Source: an uncultured bacterium (GTDB lineage: Bacteria > SAR324 > NAC60-12). From it: DNA of 42,718 nucleotides. Made by a program: the position numbers and the translations under genes. The notes under the pieces were generated by a model. It ran no database searches. It was given only the letters and a program-made list of their open reading frames with translations, and was not told the DNA's origin. The stretch spans positions 1-42,718 of the forward strand of contig CAXGMD010000018.1 of assembly GCA_964010765.1 (NCBI GenBank), given 5' to 3'. Below are positions 8,280-18,565 of the stretch, in pieces. The stretch's first letter is position 1; every line of letters begins with the position of its first letter.

Positions 8280-9521
8280 ATGTCCGTTGTTGAGATAAAG
8301 ATCCCTAGCCCCGGGGAATCCATCACAGAGGTTACTATTGAAACCTGGCACAAGGAAGATGGAGATTTCGTTCAGGTTGATGAGATTTTATGCGAAATTG
8401 AAACTGACAAAGCAACCTTACCCATGCCCGCAGAGGTTGCGGGGACAGTGCAAATTATCTTGCAAGAGGGGGCTGACGCAAAAGTTGGAGACGTCCTTTG
8501 TAAAATTGACACGGCTGGGGTTCCAAGTGCAGATTCAAGCGGACCAACTACCGAGTCATCAAATGCTGTCCCGGAGAAGATGGAATCACCTAGCGTCGGC
8601 TATGCGGCTGGACATCCGTCGCCTGCAGCGCATAAGTTGATGAACGAAGCAGGAATCTCTGCTGACCAGGTTCAAGGTTCTGGCCCAGGCAATCGAATTA
8701 CAAAGCAGGATGTCGAACTAGCTAAAAATCAGCAGCCACCACTCCCGAAAACTGAGTCCACAGCCGATGTATTCTCCGCTAAATCTAAATCCGATGGAGA
8801 GGCGGTCCCTAAGTCTTCTAGCAGAGAGCAGCGACGTGAAAAAATGTCTCGTCTGCGGACCAAACTTTCTGAACGCCTCGTAGCTGTTAAGAACGAAACC
8901 GCCATGCTGACAACCTTTAATGAGGTTGACATGGGCGCGATCTTCGCAATGCGTAGGGATTACAAGGACAAATTTGAAAAGAAATATGGGCAGCGTCTTG
9001 GTTTTATGGGCTTCTTCACAAAAGCTGTGAGCGAGGCAGTTCAAGATTTTCCCGCTGTGAATGCAATGATTGATGGCAATGAGATTGTTTATAGTGATTT
9101 CGTTGACATTGGCATAGCTGTAAGCGCTCCAAAAGGGTTGGTAGTCCCTGTAGTTCGCAATGCGGAGAGTTTAACTATTCCTCAAATTGAACTGGAGATT
9201 GGCAGACTTGCCAAGCGTGCGAGGGATAATAAGTTGAGCGTTGAAGAAATGACAGGAGGTACTTTCTCGATCACTAACGGTGGCGTCTTCGGGTCAATGC
9301 TTTCAACACCGATCATCAACCCTCCTCAAAGCGCCATTCTGGGGATGCATAATGTGGTGGAACGACCTGTAGCGTTAAACGGACAAGTGGTGATTCGTCC
9401 GGTTATGTATTTAGCTCTCAGTTACGATCATCGAATCATTGATGGGCGTGAATCCGTCAGTTTCCTATTCAAAGTGAAGGAATATCTCGAGAATCCTGAG
9501 AGGATACTTCTGGGAGTGTGA
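8280..9521 (+). CDS. sucB: 2-oxoglutarate dehydrogenase E2, dihydrolipoamide succinyltransferase
   Basis: Lipoyl motif ETDKA, E3-binding SPAA..GRITK-like segment, [22 protein letters not shown]. Confidence 0.97.
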   Translation: MSVVEIKIPSPGESITEVTIETWHKEDGDFVQVDEILCEIETDKATLPMPAEVAGTVQIILQEGADAKVGDVLCKIDTAGVPSADSSGPTTESSNAVPEKMESPSVGYAAGHPSPAAHKLMNEAGISADQVQGSGPGNRITKQDVELAKNQQPPLPKTESTADVFSAKSKSDGEAVPKSSSREQRREKMSRLRTKLSERLVAVKNETAMLTTFNEVDMGAIFAMRRDYKDKFEKKYGQRLGFMGFFTKAVSEAVQDFPAVNAMIDGNEIVYSDFVDIGIAVSAPKGLVVPVVRNAESLTIPQIELEIGRLAKRARDNKLSVEEMTGGTFSITNGGVFGSMLSTPIINPPQSAILGMHNVVERPVALNGQVVIRPVMYLALSYDHRIIDGRESVSFLFKVKEYLENPERILLGV

Positions 9522-9544
9522 AACTTAAGGAAGGATGATTAAGC

Positions 9545-9583
9545 AAAAAGGTAGTCGGTACTTAATAAGGGGGCACCGACTAC
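9545..9583 (-). terminator. Intrinsic terminator between convergent sucB and sapC
   Basis: Stem GTAGTCGGT (9551-9559) with ACCGACTAC (9575-9583); followed by CTTTTT on the minus strand. Confidence 0.7.
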
Positions 9584-9591
9584 TCAAGGTG

Positions 9592-10317
9592 TTAATTTGT
9601 TGCGGGAGGCACCTCCCCATCTCTTCGGAATTGAGCTAACCGATCCGCTTGTGGCAATGAAGCTAGATGGGCATAAATTGCAGGAAGTGCGTTGCTTTTG
9701 CGCAACTTAAGGAAATCGTTGTCGCCAAGCTTGTTAAGATTTTCTTCGTTCACAAGATACAGGCCCCGAATCTGCTGGTTTTGCCCCATGTTTTGGAAGT
9801 TCAGATTCATTGAGGTAAACAGGTTCATGTCTTTCAGTTCCTTGCAAACCTGATGAGTGAACTGCTCCATTTGGTGTAACTCGGTCAGATATTTCCTGAC
9901 ATGTTCCATTGTCTCACTCAACTCTCCTTCTGCTGTGAACAGAGGGTTCCCTTCCTTCGATCCGACCAATTCGCTTTCTTCATCAACACAAATTAAAAAT
10001 TGATTAGGATCCTGAGTAGGTGCAAGGGTAAACGGATACCTACGAATTGCTGCAGGAACATAGGGGACTAACCATTTTCCCTGATCATCAATATAAAGAT
10101 TCTCCCCTTGCTGAAGTCCCAGCAAAGCTACAGGCCGAAATTCCTTTGAACTGGGCTCTTCTAAAAAAATGATTGGATAGTAAGCAGCAGCTCTGAAAAA
10201 TTCTTTGAGAGCAATGGGAGCAATATGAAAATCTTTAGCAAATAGGAAATTGTCTGTTCCCTTGACAAACAGATGGCTGTGATTTTCTTTTGTTACGGGT
10301 ACAACTTTCTTAAACAT
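9592..10317 (-). CDS. SapC family protein
   Basis: EFFRAAAYYPIIF, PVALLGLQQGENLYI, YVPAAIRRYPF, VNEENL, AIYAHLASL. ATG 10317 with AGGAG RBS. Confidence 0.88.
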   Translation of the reverse strand: MFKKVVPVTKENHSHLFVKGTDNFLFAKDFHIAPIALKEFFRAAAYYPIIFLEEPSSKEFRPVALLGLQQGENLYIDDQGKWLVPYVPAAIRRYPFTLAPTQDPNQFLICVDEESELVGSKEGNPLFTAEGELSETMEHVRKYLTELHQMEQFTHQVCKELKDMNLFTSMNLNFQNMGQNQQIRGLYLVNEENLNKLGDNDFLKLRKSNALPAIYAHLASLPQADRLAQFRRDGEVPPATN

Positions 10318-10456
10318 GCGACTCCTGTGCATGGTTGAAACTAGGTCAAAGAGACTTGGCCTTTCAATGGCTAGTCAAATCAAAAGTGCCTAATACTGAA
10401 GTCTTTGAGCGCTACACTCAAGCCCACAATTTAAGATCATTCAGAAATGGTTCAAG

Positions 10457-10957
10457 TTGACTGCTACTGAGCTAATGAATGGAAAAAATGACAAGCCATC
10501 AATTTGGAGACGTTCCAGAGGGTGGATTCGCATTGCGGAGGACCCGACCAGTCTTGCAGAACTTGACAAGAGTTGTTTCAAGAGAGCTTGGCGAAAAGAG
10601 TCATTCAGCAAATTGATAAACCATTCGTGGTTTCGTGCTTGGACGTGGCATGGTGAAGCCAATTCAAAGGCTTTGGCATTTTTGATTATTGAGAATCATT
10701 TTGATTTATTCTCAATTCTCAGAATCGGAGTAGTCCCCGAACAACAGCGGCAAGGAATTGGGAGAGAAATGATGGACTTCTTAATTCAGCTGGCAAGAAA
10801 TGAAAAGATTCCCAAAATTTTACTTGAAGTACATGAGTTCAATCTCTCAGCTCAGCATCTATACTTTGCCTCAGGTTTTCGTCAAATTCATCGAAAAAAA
10901 GGCTATTACCAAGATCCCCCAGGAAATGCTCTGGTACTGAGCAAAGTAGTCTCTTAG
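10457..10957 (+). CDS. rimI: RimI-like GNAT N-acetyltransferase
   Basis: LAELDKSCF..AW, QQRQGIG acetyl-CoA motif, LLEVHEFNLSAQHLY..GF..RKKGYY. Exact start uncertain. Confidence 0.75.
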   Translation: MTATELMNGKNDKPSIWRRSRGWIRIAEDPTSLAELDKSCFKRAWRKESFSKLINHSWFRAWTWHGEANSKALAFLIIENHFDLFSILRIGVVPEQQRQGIGREMMDFLIQLARNEKIPKILLEVHEFNLSAQHLYFASGFRQIHRKKGYYQDPPGNALVLSKVVS

Positions 10958-11186
10958 CTGGCTATAAAAGTGACTGGCAGGGCAACTTTCAAAAGCTAAA
11001 CATTCCTCCTCTAAGTGAAGAATAGCGTTAATGTGTTTGACTAATTAAGGTGAGAATTGAAAATGAATGTTGTTGCTTTGATCTCCACAACCCATTCTTC
11101 AAACAATTCGTAATTCAAAAGTTCTTTCATTTGCGTAAAGTGGGAATGGAAAATTCAGAACCTGACTCAGATCTTTGTAGGCCGGC

Positions 11187-12113
11187 CTAAATTATAGACA
11201 GGAAGATTGTCAGGGTAAACACGCCAAGTATTGTTGAAAGCAGAACAGAGGTTGTCACGAAATCAGGAACGAGATCGTACTCAATTGCGATGATGGCTGC
11301 AAGAATTGCTGTGGGCATAGCTGCTTGCAAAATGCCTATATTCTTCTCTAGTTCGCCCAATGGAAAAAAGAATGCCAAGCCAAACGCCAGCAATGGAGCC
11401 AATAGCAACCTCAGTCCACATGCTATCCAGGTATCTAGGTTCAGCTCTAATTTCTGGACGCTCGATAGTTGCACGCCAAGGGTCACAATCATTGTTGGGA
11501 TCATAGCCTGTCCCAATAAACCTGTAAGCCGATCTACTGAGAGTGGAACTTCCCAACCTGTCGCAGCAAAAATAGCTGCAGGGGGAAGGGCAAGAAGAGC
11601 TGGAGTTTTCAGTACGCTCGTAACTGCCGACAAACTACCTTTGCGAACCCATCCAGCGACCCCAACCCCGATGACAAATGAGGTCACTAAAATTGAAAGA
11701 AAATAGACAGTTGCCGGAACTTTCGATACTTCGCCGAATCGAAAATCCAACAGAGACAGCCCAAAGTTCCCAACATTGCCAAAAATAGATATCAATACAA
11801 AGGCGGCAATCACTTCACGTGATCTTCCCAAGATTTTACCAACAATAACTGCCCCGATGGCTACCATTATATGGGTCAAAACACTATACCCTACCATCGT
11901 CAACGTCGTTGACAGAGGAACCGAAGATTGGCTAATAACATTAAAAACAAAGGCAGGGATTAAAATGAAGTAGGCATAGCGAGTCATTGTTTTTGCCTGC
12001 AATCCCAGCAATGGGCCTGTAAAATAGCCGATGGCTACAAGTGCAAAAACTGGTAGAACAACATTCAAGAAAACTTGGAAAGTACCCAAGAACCAAATCA
12101 TCTCCAGCAACAA
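11187..12113 (-). CDS. AEC (auxin efflux carrier) family transporter
   Basis: About 10 TM segments; VLPVFALVAIGY, FGNVGNFGL, LQAAMPTA. Start uncertain. Confidence 0.85.
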   Translation of the reverse strand: MLLEMIWFLGTFQVFLNVVLPVFALVAIGYFTGPLLGLQAKTMTRYAYFILIPAFVFNVISQSSVPLSTTLTMVGYSVLTHIMVAIGAVIVGKILGRSREVIAAFVLISIFGNVGNFGLSLLDFRFGEVSKVPATVYFLSILVTSFVIGVGVAGWVRKGSLSAVTSVLKTPALLALPPAAIFAATGWEVPLSVDRLTGLLGQAMIPTMIVTLGVQLSSVQKLELNLDTWIACGLRLLLAPLLAFGLAFFFPLGELEKNIGILQAAMPTAILAAIIAIEYDLVPDFVTTSVLLSTILGVFTLTIFLSII

Positions 12114-12291
12114 GATTAATGCGATGAGAGCCCCAAGGACACTTTTAGAAAAATAAAAAGGTGATTTCGACTGGGAATTTTTATCATGATGAGTGAAGAC
12201 TTGAACTGAGACAATTTTTTATGATTTCAATTCTTGAGAGTTTCGCATAATGAAAAATGAGAGGGACTATTTCAATAGTCTGCTTGCTGGA

Positions 12292-13494
12292 TTAAGAGCG
12301 CTTTTGAAGCAGTAAACCCTTCAGATACTCACCTTCTGGAAAAGATAGTAATTGTGGATGATCTTGATCTGCAGAAAGGTTATCAAGAATCGAAAAGTCT
12401 TGCCTGGCATCCTCTGCACTACTTGCCAAAATCTTTTTAAATAATTCAGGACTGATTGCACTTGAGCAACTAAAGGTGGCCAATAATCCTCCTTCATTCA
12501 GAAGTTTCATTGCGAGCAAATTGATGTCTTTATAGGCTCGTGAAGCTTTTTCAACATTCTGCTTTGTAGGGGCAAATTTAGGTGGATCGAGAATAATTAG
12601 GTCAAAATTCCTTGCTTGGTCTCGAAATTTTCTAAGAGATGCAAAGACATCTGCTTCTATCCACTCTGTTTTTTCTTCTGGCAGCCCATTTGTTTTTGTA
12701 TTCAGTTTTGCCATTTGCAACGCTTGTCCAGAGCTATCGATTGAAGTTACAAACCTTGCCCCGCCACGCAATGCATTAAGGCTGAATCCACCCGTATAGC
12801 AAAAACAGTTTAAGACCTCTTGGTTGTGTGAAATTTCTTGAATTTTGGCTCGGTTAGCACGCTGATCTAGGTAAAATCCCGTTTTTTGGCCATTTTCAAC
12901 ATCAATGTAGTACTCAAGCCCATGTTCCTGAATTGAACAATTGGGAGGCAACTCTCCTAGAATTGCGCCACACTGTCTTTCAAGTCCTTCTAATCTACGT
13001 ACCTCTGCATCAGATCTCTCAAAAACACACTCTAACTCTGTCAGGTCAATCAATTGTTGGATCAATATCTCTCTCCAATACTCCATACCGACAGATAAGA
13101 TTTGTAGTACAAGGACCTGATTGTATTGATCGACGATGAGACCTGGCAAGCCATCAGCCTCACCATGAACTAGACGTTTTGCATTGCTAGCCAGATCGCT
13201 GGAACTTCGATCGGATAAAGCCTTCTGCAATCTAGCATGAATAAAATTCTCATCAATTTGATCCTGTTCCTTAAAGCTCCAAAAACGTAATCGAATTTGA
13301 GATTTTGGACTCCACGCAGCAAATCCAAGGAATTTTCCAGATGATGACTCTACCCTGATGGGTTGACCTGGTTGATTTGCATCCACTTCAGATTCCACAG
13401 CACCAGAAAACACCCACGGGTGTCTTCGATGAACAGATTTTTCACGACCTGGTTTTAGACGAATAACTGGAATGGAAGTTGATTTTGGTTTCAT
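12292..13494 (-). CDS. rlmI: 23S rRNA m5C1962 methyltransferase
   Basis: HPWVFSGA (PUA), EADGLPGLIVDQY, GQKTGFYLDQR, VLNCFCYTGGF, DLIILDPPKF, EGEYLKG. ATG 13494 preferred. Confidence 0.92.
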   Translation of the reverse strand: MKPKSTSIPVIRLKPGREKSVHRRHPWVFSGAVESEVDANQPGQPIRVESSSGKFLGFAAWSPKSQIRLRFWSFKEQDQIDENFIHARLQKALSDRSSSDLASNAKRLVHGEADGLPGLIVDQYNQVLVLQILSVGMEYWREILIQQLIDLTELECVFERSDAEVRRLEGLERQCGAILGELPPNCSIQEHGLEYYIDVENGQKTGFYLDQRANRAKIQEISHNQEVLNCFCYTGGFSLNALRGGARFVTSIDSSGQALQMAKLNTKTNGLPEEKTEWIEADVFASLRKFRDQARNFDLIILDPPKFAPTKQNVEKASRAYKDINLLAMKLLNEGGLLATFSCSSAISPELFKKILASSAEDARQDFSILDNLSADQDHPQLLSFPEGEYLKGLLLQKRS

Positions 13495-13669
13495 GAATTT
13501 ATCTGAAAAGTTATTGTCGTTTGCTTTAATCAGGAACAAATCTCCAAAAATTGCACAGACGAACTAAAAAATCCTTGGTCATTGATTGGATTAGTGCGGC
13601 TTAGCGAATCAAAAATCTTTGGTGCTTGAATCACCTGCAATCTTAACGCTTTGATGACGCAAGTTTGGA

Positions 13670-14788
13670 ATGGATCCCCAACGTAAGCGATATTATTGGA
13701 TTGGAGCAATCCTACTAACACTCTGGTTAGCAGTATGGCTCACAGCAACTCTTGTCTGGAACCGGCTTGATGCAGACAGATTGATAATCCGTCAAATCTG
13801 GTCACCAGAAACAGGATGGTCACTCGGTGATGCCCAGCCTTGGCGATTCCTCTATGAATTCGGAACAATTCCAGCCTTCGCACTTACATTTATTTGTTTA
13901 CTTGCTTGGTATCGATCTCTCCAATCCCCAAAATGGATCCGCTTTCGTCGCTACTTTTTGCTCTACAGCTTAACCTCAATTGTAGGGGCAGGCCTAATTG
14001 TTAATGCACTTTTAAAAGAATACACTGGGAGGCCTCGTCCTAGAGAGGTCGTAGAATTTGGGGGTAATTGGGAATATCGGGCTGCTTTGGAACTTGGCAT
14101 ACCAGGTCAGGGCCAGTCCTTTCCATGTGGACATTGCACAATGGGATTCATCTTTGCCTCAGGTGTAATGTTCTGGAACTACTCTCCTCCAGTAGCCATT
14201 GGATCTTTGGCACTGGGATTAGGGTATGGCACGCTGATGAGCACAGCCAGATTCCTCCAAGGTGCTCACTATGTAAGTGATGCTTTTTGGTCTTTGGGGG
14301 TGATGGGTGCGACATTTATCAGTTTTTACTTTTTCGTCCTTCAACCTCCACTATCTGATAGCGTTCTTGTTCGAAAAATTAGCAAACAAACCAAATGGCG
14401 CTTACGAATCGGTATAGCTGCTTGCCTAATTTTGATAACTATCCTCTATTCAACACGACGCCCTTTTTTCAAGGAACATCAAAGAATTGTAAGTTTGTCC
14501 TTGGAAGCTCAGCACATTGAGCTAGTCACGAATGTTCCGGCCGAAAATTGGGACGTTGAATTTACAAATGTTGATCACCTGATCATGGATCTTCAGGCAA
14601 ATGGCTTTGCGTTTCCTGCATCACAACATGATCTTGATGTTGGAACGGAACTGTCTTCTGAAGGAATCATGCAGATCCTCGTGAATAGTAAAACATTTGG
14701 TTACTTTCCTGAGCTGCACGAGGGAGTTACCTTGAAAGTTCCAGTGCGTTTTCAGCACCGTCTATCTCTTACTCCCCTCCCCCCTTGA
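13670..14788 (+). CDS. PAP2-family membrane phosphatase with a C-terminal soluble domain
   Basis: KEYTGRPRP (C1), SFPCGH (C2 variant), RFLQGAHYVSD (C3); multiple TM segments. Confidence 0.85.
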   Translation: MDPQRKRYYWIGAILLTLWLAVWLTATLVWNRLDADRLIIRQIWSPETGWSLGDAQPWRFLYEFGTIPAFALTFICLLAWYRSLQSPKWIRFRRYFLLYSLTSIVGAGLIVNALLKEYTGRPRPREVVEFGGNWEYRAALELGIPGQGQSFPCGHCTMGFIFASGVMFWNYSPPVAIGSLALGLGYGTLMSTARFLQGAHYVSDAFWSLGVMGATFISFYFFVLQPPLSDSVLVRKISKQTKWRLRIGIAACLILITILYSTRRPFFKEHQRIVSLSLEAQHIELVTNVPAENWDVEFTNVDHLIMDLQANGFAFPASQHDLDVGTELSSEGIMQILVNSKTFGYFPELHEGVTLKVPVRFQHRLSLTPLPP

Positions 14789-15669
14789 TGCATCGACTTA
14801 TCCAAATCCTGGTAGTTGATTCGATCCGTGACCTGATTCGCTACAAATCATTCTTTCTGCTGGTGGCTCTTCTGCTAATAGCTGATAGAGTGCTGCGAAG
14901 TTATGTGAAGATTCGGCCGGAAGGCTTTGAATTTCCAAGCTCGAAAGAACTTGGAATTGCCGCTGATTGGCTGTTTCTTCAAGCTCCAAATTTGGTTAGT
15001 GAATGGCTTTTGGACTGGCGAACTCTGCTGGTTGGTGGAGGCCTCTTTGCTGCCAAACAATTGACTTCCATGTGGCCAACGATGGACATGCGTAAAATGC
15101 ATCGTTCAGAAGGAGGAAGGTGGCGCATTTTAAAATCGCTACAAAGCTTGCGTTGGTCACAGTTCGCCTGGGATGCTTGCGCCGTAGGAATGGTAGTTGG
15201 TATTGGAGGGGTTTGGGCTGGAGTTGGCTGGATAATTGGTCGGGAAATTTGGATTCAGAGTAGCTCGACCTTCAGTCTCTTGCTCCCACTAGGAATGGTG
15301 GGAGTGGTTTGGCCCTTAGGGATGGCAGGATTTTCATATTCCTCAAAACTCGCTGTCTTGGGCAATGGCTTTTCAGCCAAATTGAAGCTTTTTTCAGAAA
15401 TTCTGAAGAGTAGACGAGTTTTTTGGTACTCTTGGCTCTTCTATCTCGCTAGAATCTTAATCTCCTTGCTCTTTGTTTTGTTGATTCCAATTGTTTCACT
15501 GCTGACAGTTGAAAACTTCTTTCTTCGAATTTTGATCGCTTCCGTTTCTGCCGCCCCAGCATACTCCTATGTAAAAATGGCTTCATTCAAATTCTTCCTT
15601 GAAGTCTACCGTCCCTACCCTGAAGTGGTCTCAGAATACCAGAGCTACTACTCTCGACACTTTGGGTGA
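14785..15669 (+). CDS. Hypothetical multi-pass membrane protein
   Basis: 294-aa ORF with about 6 hydrophobic segments; start overlaps the PAP2 stop. Confidence 0.75.
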   Translation: MMHRLIQILVVDSIRDLIRYKSFFLLVALLLIADRVLRSYVKIRPEGFEFPSSKELGIAADWLFLQAPNLVSEWLLDWRTLLVGGGLFAAKQLTSMWPTMDMRKMHRSEGGRWRILKSLQSLRWSQFAWDACAVGMVVGIGGVWAGVGWIIGREIWIQSSSTFSLLLPLGMVGVVWPLGMAGFSYSSKLAVLGNGFSAKLKLFSEILKSRRVFWYSWLFYLARILISLLFVLLIPIVSLLTVENFFLRILIASVSAAPAYSYVKMASFKFFLEVYRPYPEVVSEYQSYYSRHFG

Positions 15670-15785
15670 AGTGTCTGGAATTCAAATTATCTATCTACCA
15701 AAAACTTTTTCTTTTGAAGAACTTATTTCCTCTGTTTGTTTGGGCATTTAGATTTTCTGTTAAAAGACCATGATGCCAAAAGCGG

Positions 15786-15815
15786 TTGACTCATTGAATT
15801 CCTAGCAAATATTCT
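15786..15815 (+). promoter_or_regulatory. Possible sigma70 promoter of the polyamine operon
   Basis: TTGACT-N18-TATTCT about 125 nt upstream of the aminotransferase. Confidence 0.35.
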
Positions 15816-15939
15816 TTTTGATTTTCAAATGCAGCCATCTTGCTGTTTTTTTAGAAATCGATAAGTTGACAACGCTCAGAAATTAGCTGCTTTCTAAAGC
15901 CTAAAACTGTGCCCCCACTATTTACCATTAGGATTTTGA

Positions 15940-17304
15940 ATGCTTCACAGTACCTCTGAATGGCAAAGTCTTGATTCCCGCCACTTCCTGCATCCCTTCA
16001 CAGACACTAAGGAACTAGAGCTCAAGGGAACTAGGGTCATAACTAAGGCAGAGGGGGTATATCTTTGGGATTCGGAAGGTAACCAAATCATTGATGGGAT
16101 GGCGGGCTTGTGGTGTGTGAACGTTGGGTACGGCCGAGAAGAACTTGCAAAAGCTGCTTATGAGCAATTGCAGCAGCTTCCTTACTACAACAGCTTCTTT
16201 CAATGTACCCACCCTCCAGCTATTGAACTTTCAGAGAAGCTTGCGGAAATCAGTCCACCTCAGTTCAATCATGTCTTTTTTGTCAACTCCGGATCTGAGG
16301 CCAATGACACTGTCCTGCGGATGGTTCGCAACTATTGGAAACTTTTGGGACAACCTCAGAAGCGCATTCTGATTAGCAGAATCAATGGTTATCATGGAAG
16401 TACAGTCGCTGGAGCGAGCCTAGGTGGTCAAAAATTTATTCATGAAATTGATGATCTCCCTATTCCTGATATTGTCCACATCGAGCAACCATATTGGTAC
16501 CAAAACGGTGGTGATCTCTCTCCATCAGAGTACGGAATCTTCGCTGCTCAGGAACTTGAGAAGAAAATCTACGAACTCGGTATTGAGCGTGTAGCAGCTT
16601 TCATTGGAGAACCCATTCAAGGTGCCGGGGGCGTAGTCGTTCCTCCAGAAACATATTGGCCAGAAATACAAAGGATCTGTGACAAGTACGGAATTCTTCT
16701 GATTGCTGACGAAGTGATCTGTGGATTCGGGAGAACAGGACATTGGTTTGGTTCTGAATATTTTAATTTCAAACCCGACCTGATGCCAATCGCCAAAGGC
16801 CTTTCTTCTGGATATCTTCCGATTGGAGGTGTCATGGTTTCCGACCGAATTACTGATGTCATCATTGGCAAAGGTAAGGAGTTTGCGCACGGATTTACGT
16901 ATTCTGGGCATCCTGCTGCATGCGTCGTAGCTTCAAGAAATCTTGAAATCATCGAGCGAGAGGGTCTAGTAGAAAAAGTCAGAAATGACACGGGGCCCTA
17001 CCTTCGTCAACTTTGGGAGCAGTTCAATGATCACCCCTTGGTTGGAGAAGTCAGGAATGTAGGTTTACTAGGGGCAATCGAGTTGGTTGATGACAAGTCC
17101 TCTAGGCGTTTTTTTGAGGAACGAGGGAAAGTGGGTGGACGCTGCAGGGATCTCTGTATACGAAACGGATTGGTGATGAGGGCCGTGCAAGATACCATGA
17201 TCCTTTCTCCACCCCTCGTTGCCACAAGGGGACACCTGGATGAGATTTACGAAAAAGCATCCAAAACACTAAATCAGTTGGCAGAAGAACTAGGACGCTG
17301 CTGA
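15940..17304 (+). CDS. spuC: Class III aminotransferase, SpuC-like putrescine:pyruvate transaminase
   Basis: HFLHPFT, DGMAGLWCVNVG, SGSEAND, YHGST, EPIQGAGG, DEVICGFGRTG, AKGLSSGY (PLP Lys), HGFTYSGHP. Adjacent to the polyamine ABC transporter. Confidence 0.88.
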   Translation: MLHSTSEWQSLDSRHFLHPFTDTKELELKGTRVITKAEGVYLWDSEGNQIIDGMAGLWCVNVGYGREELAKAAYEQLQQLPYYNSFFQCTHPPAIELSEKLAEISPPQFNHVFFVNSGSEANDTVLRMVRNYWKLLGQPQKRILISRINGYHGSTVAGASLGGQKFIHEIDDLPIPDIVHIEQPYWYQNGGDLSPSEYGIFAAQELEKKIYELGIERVAAFIGEPIQGAGGVVVPPETYWPEIQRICDKYGILLIADEVICGFGRTGHWFGSEYFNFKPDLMPIAKGLSSGYLPIGGVMVSDRITDVIIGKGKEFAHGFTYSGHPAACVVASRNLEIIEREGLVEKVRNDTGPYLRQLWEQFNDHPLVGEVRNVGLLGAIELVDDKSSRRFFEERGKVGGRCRDLCIRNGLVMRAVQDTMILSPPLVATRGHLDEIYEKASKTLNQLAEELGRC

Positions 17305-17421
17305 TTAGTTTTTCCAAAGGACTCACTTTGCAATGTGGAGTGAGGTTTAATTCCATCTGCGCCGCTCTAGAATTTGTTCCCTGATGGCGCATTTTGCCGA
17401 ACCCAAAGCTGGAGCAGTAAC

Positions 17422-18504
17422 ATGAAAATGAATCCAAAAAATCACTCTCGACTTTCTCGCCGTCACTTCTTGCGAGGACTTGGTGCTGTGGCAGCAGGTT
17501 TGACTTTCTTGCCGCGCGAAGGCTGGAGTGCAGAAGAAAAAAAGCTCAACTTTTACAATTGGGATACCTATATCGGCGAAACGACCCTAGATGATTTCCG
17601 TGATGCTAGCGGAATTGAAGTGAGCATGGATCTGTTTGCTGACAACGATGAATTATTTGCCAAGCTCAAAGAAGGCAATCCCGGTTACGACTTGATCGTA
17701 CCAACTAACGACTTTGTTGAGCGGATGATCCGCGCAAATATGCTGATCAAACTTGATCACTCCAAAATTCCTAACTTCAAGAACGTAGACAAAGCCTTTC
17801 GAGACGCAGCATTCGATCCCAAGAGGGCCTACAGCATGCCTTACATGTGGGGTACGATTGGGATTGGGTATCGCAAGTCAAAGGTATCGAAAGTACCAGA
17901 CAGCTGGTCGAATCTCTTTGCATCCAGTGAATATTCAGGAAGGATCGCTGTGCTCAACAGCCCATCTGAGACCATCCCTGTTGCCATGAAGTACCTCGGT
18001 CATTCATTAAACACCGCTGATCCTGCAGTCGTTAAGGCTGTTGAGGATTTGATGATCAAGCAGAAGAAACACATTAAGGTTTTTGCTGAGGATAATGGGC
18101 AAGACTTGCTGCTCTCTGGCGAGGTTGATCTAACGATGGAGTACAATGGCGACATCATTCAAGTGCAAGAGGAAGATGATGACATCGCCTATATCGTTCC
18201 CAAGGAAGGAACGCTCCTCTGGGAAGATTGTCTCTGTATTCCAAAAGGGGCCCCACATCCTGAAAACGCTCACGCATTTATGAACTATCTGCTGGATGGA
18301 GATGCTGGAGCACTAATCGCCGATTATATCCAGTATGCGACACCGAATTCGGTCGCTAAAGCAAAGCTCGGGGATGAATACCGAAATAACCCAGCTATCT
18401 TCCCCACAGACGATGTCTTAGGACGAAGCGAGTCTTCAAAATACCGTGGAGAAGCGATGCAACGCCTTTTCGACGAGGCTTGGACACGCATCTCCGCCGC
18501 TTAA
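17422..18504 (+). CDS. potD: Polyamine ABC transporter substrate-binding protein (PotD/PotF) with Tat signal
   Basis: SRRHFL twin-Arg motif; LNFYNWDTYI, GYDLIVP, PYMWGTIGIGY, PKEG..W.D. ATG 17422 with GGAG RBS. Confidence 0.9.
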   Translation: MKMNPKNHSRLSRRHFLRGLGAVAAGLTFLPREGWSAEEKKLNFYNWDTYIGETTLDDFRDASGIEVSMDLFADNDELFAKLKEGNPGYDLIVPTNDFVERMIRANMLIKLDHSKIPNFKNVDKAFRDAAFDPKRAYSMPYMWGTIGIGYRKSKVSKVPDSWSNLFASSEYSGRIAVLNSPSETIPVAMKYLGHSLNTADPAVVKAVEDLMIKQKKHIKVFAEDNGQDLLLSGEVDLTMEYNGDIIQVQEEDDDIAYIVPKEGTLLWEDCLCIPKGAPHPENAHAFMNYLLDGDAGALIADYIQYATPNSVAKAKLGDEYRNNPAIFPTDDVLGRSESSKYRGEAMQRLFDEAWTRISAA

Positions 18505-18514
18505 ATCTTCCCAA

Positions 18515-18540
18515 AGGCCCAGATAAAGCTGGGCCTACCT
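18515..18540 (+). terminator. Intercistronic hairpin after the SBP gene (mRNA stabiliser or partial terminator)
   Basis: AGGCCCAG-ATAAAG-CTGGGCCT followed by ACCTTT. Confidence 0.6.
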
Positions 18541-18565
18541 TTCAAACTAAATCTTTTACATTTCA

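Noticed and set aside
11290..11706. Antisense or alternate-frame ORFs of 60-140 aa (e.g. 11290-11706, 16525-16991, 26270-26686, 41141-41503)
   Set aside because: Shadows of well-supported genes, with no recognisable motifs.
17385..17398. Sigma54 promoter before potD (TGGCGCATTTTGC)
   Set aside because: GG-to-GC spacing is 8 nt rather than the required 10.
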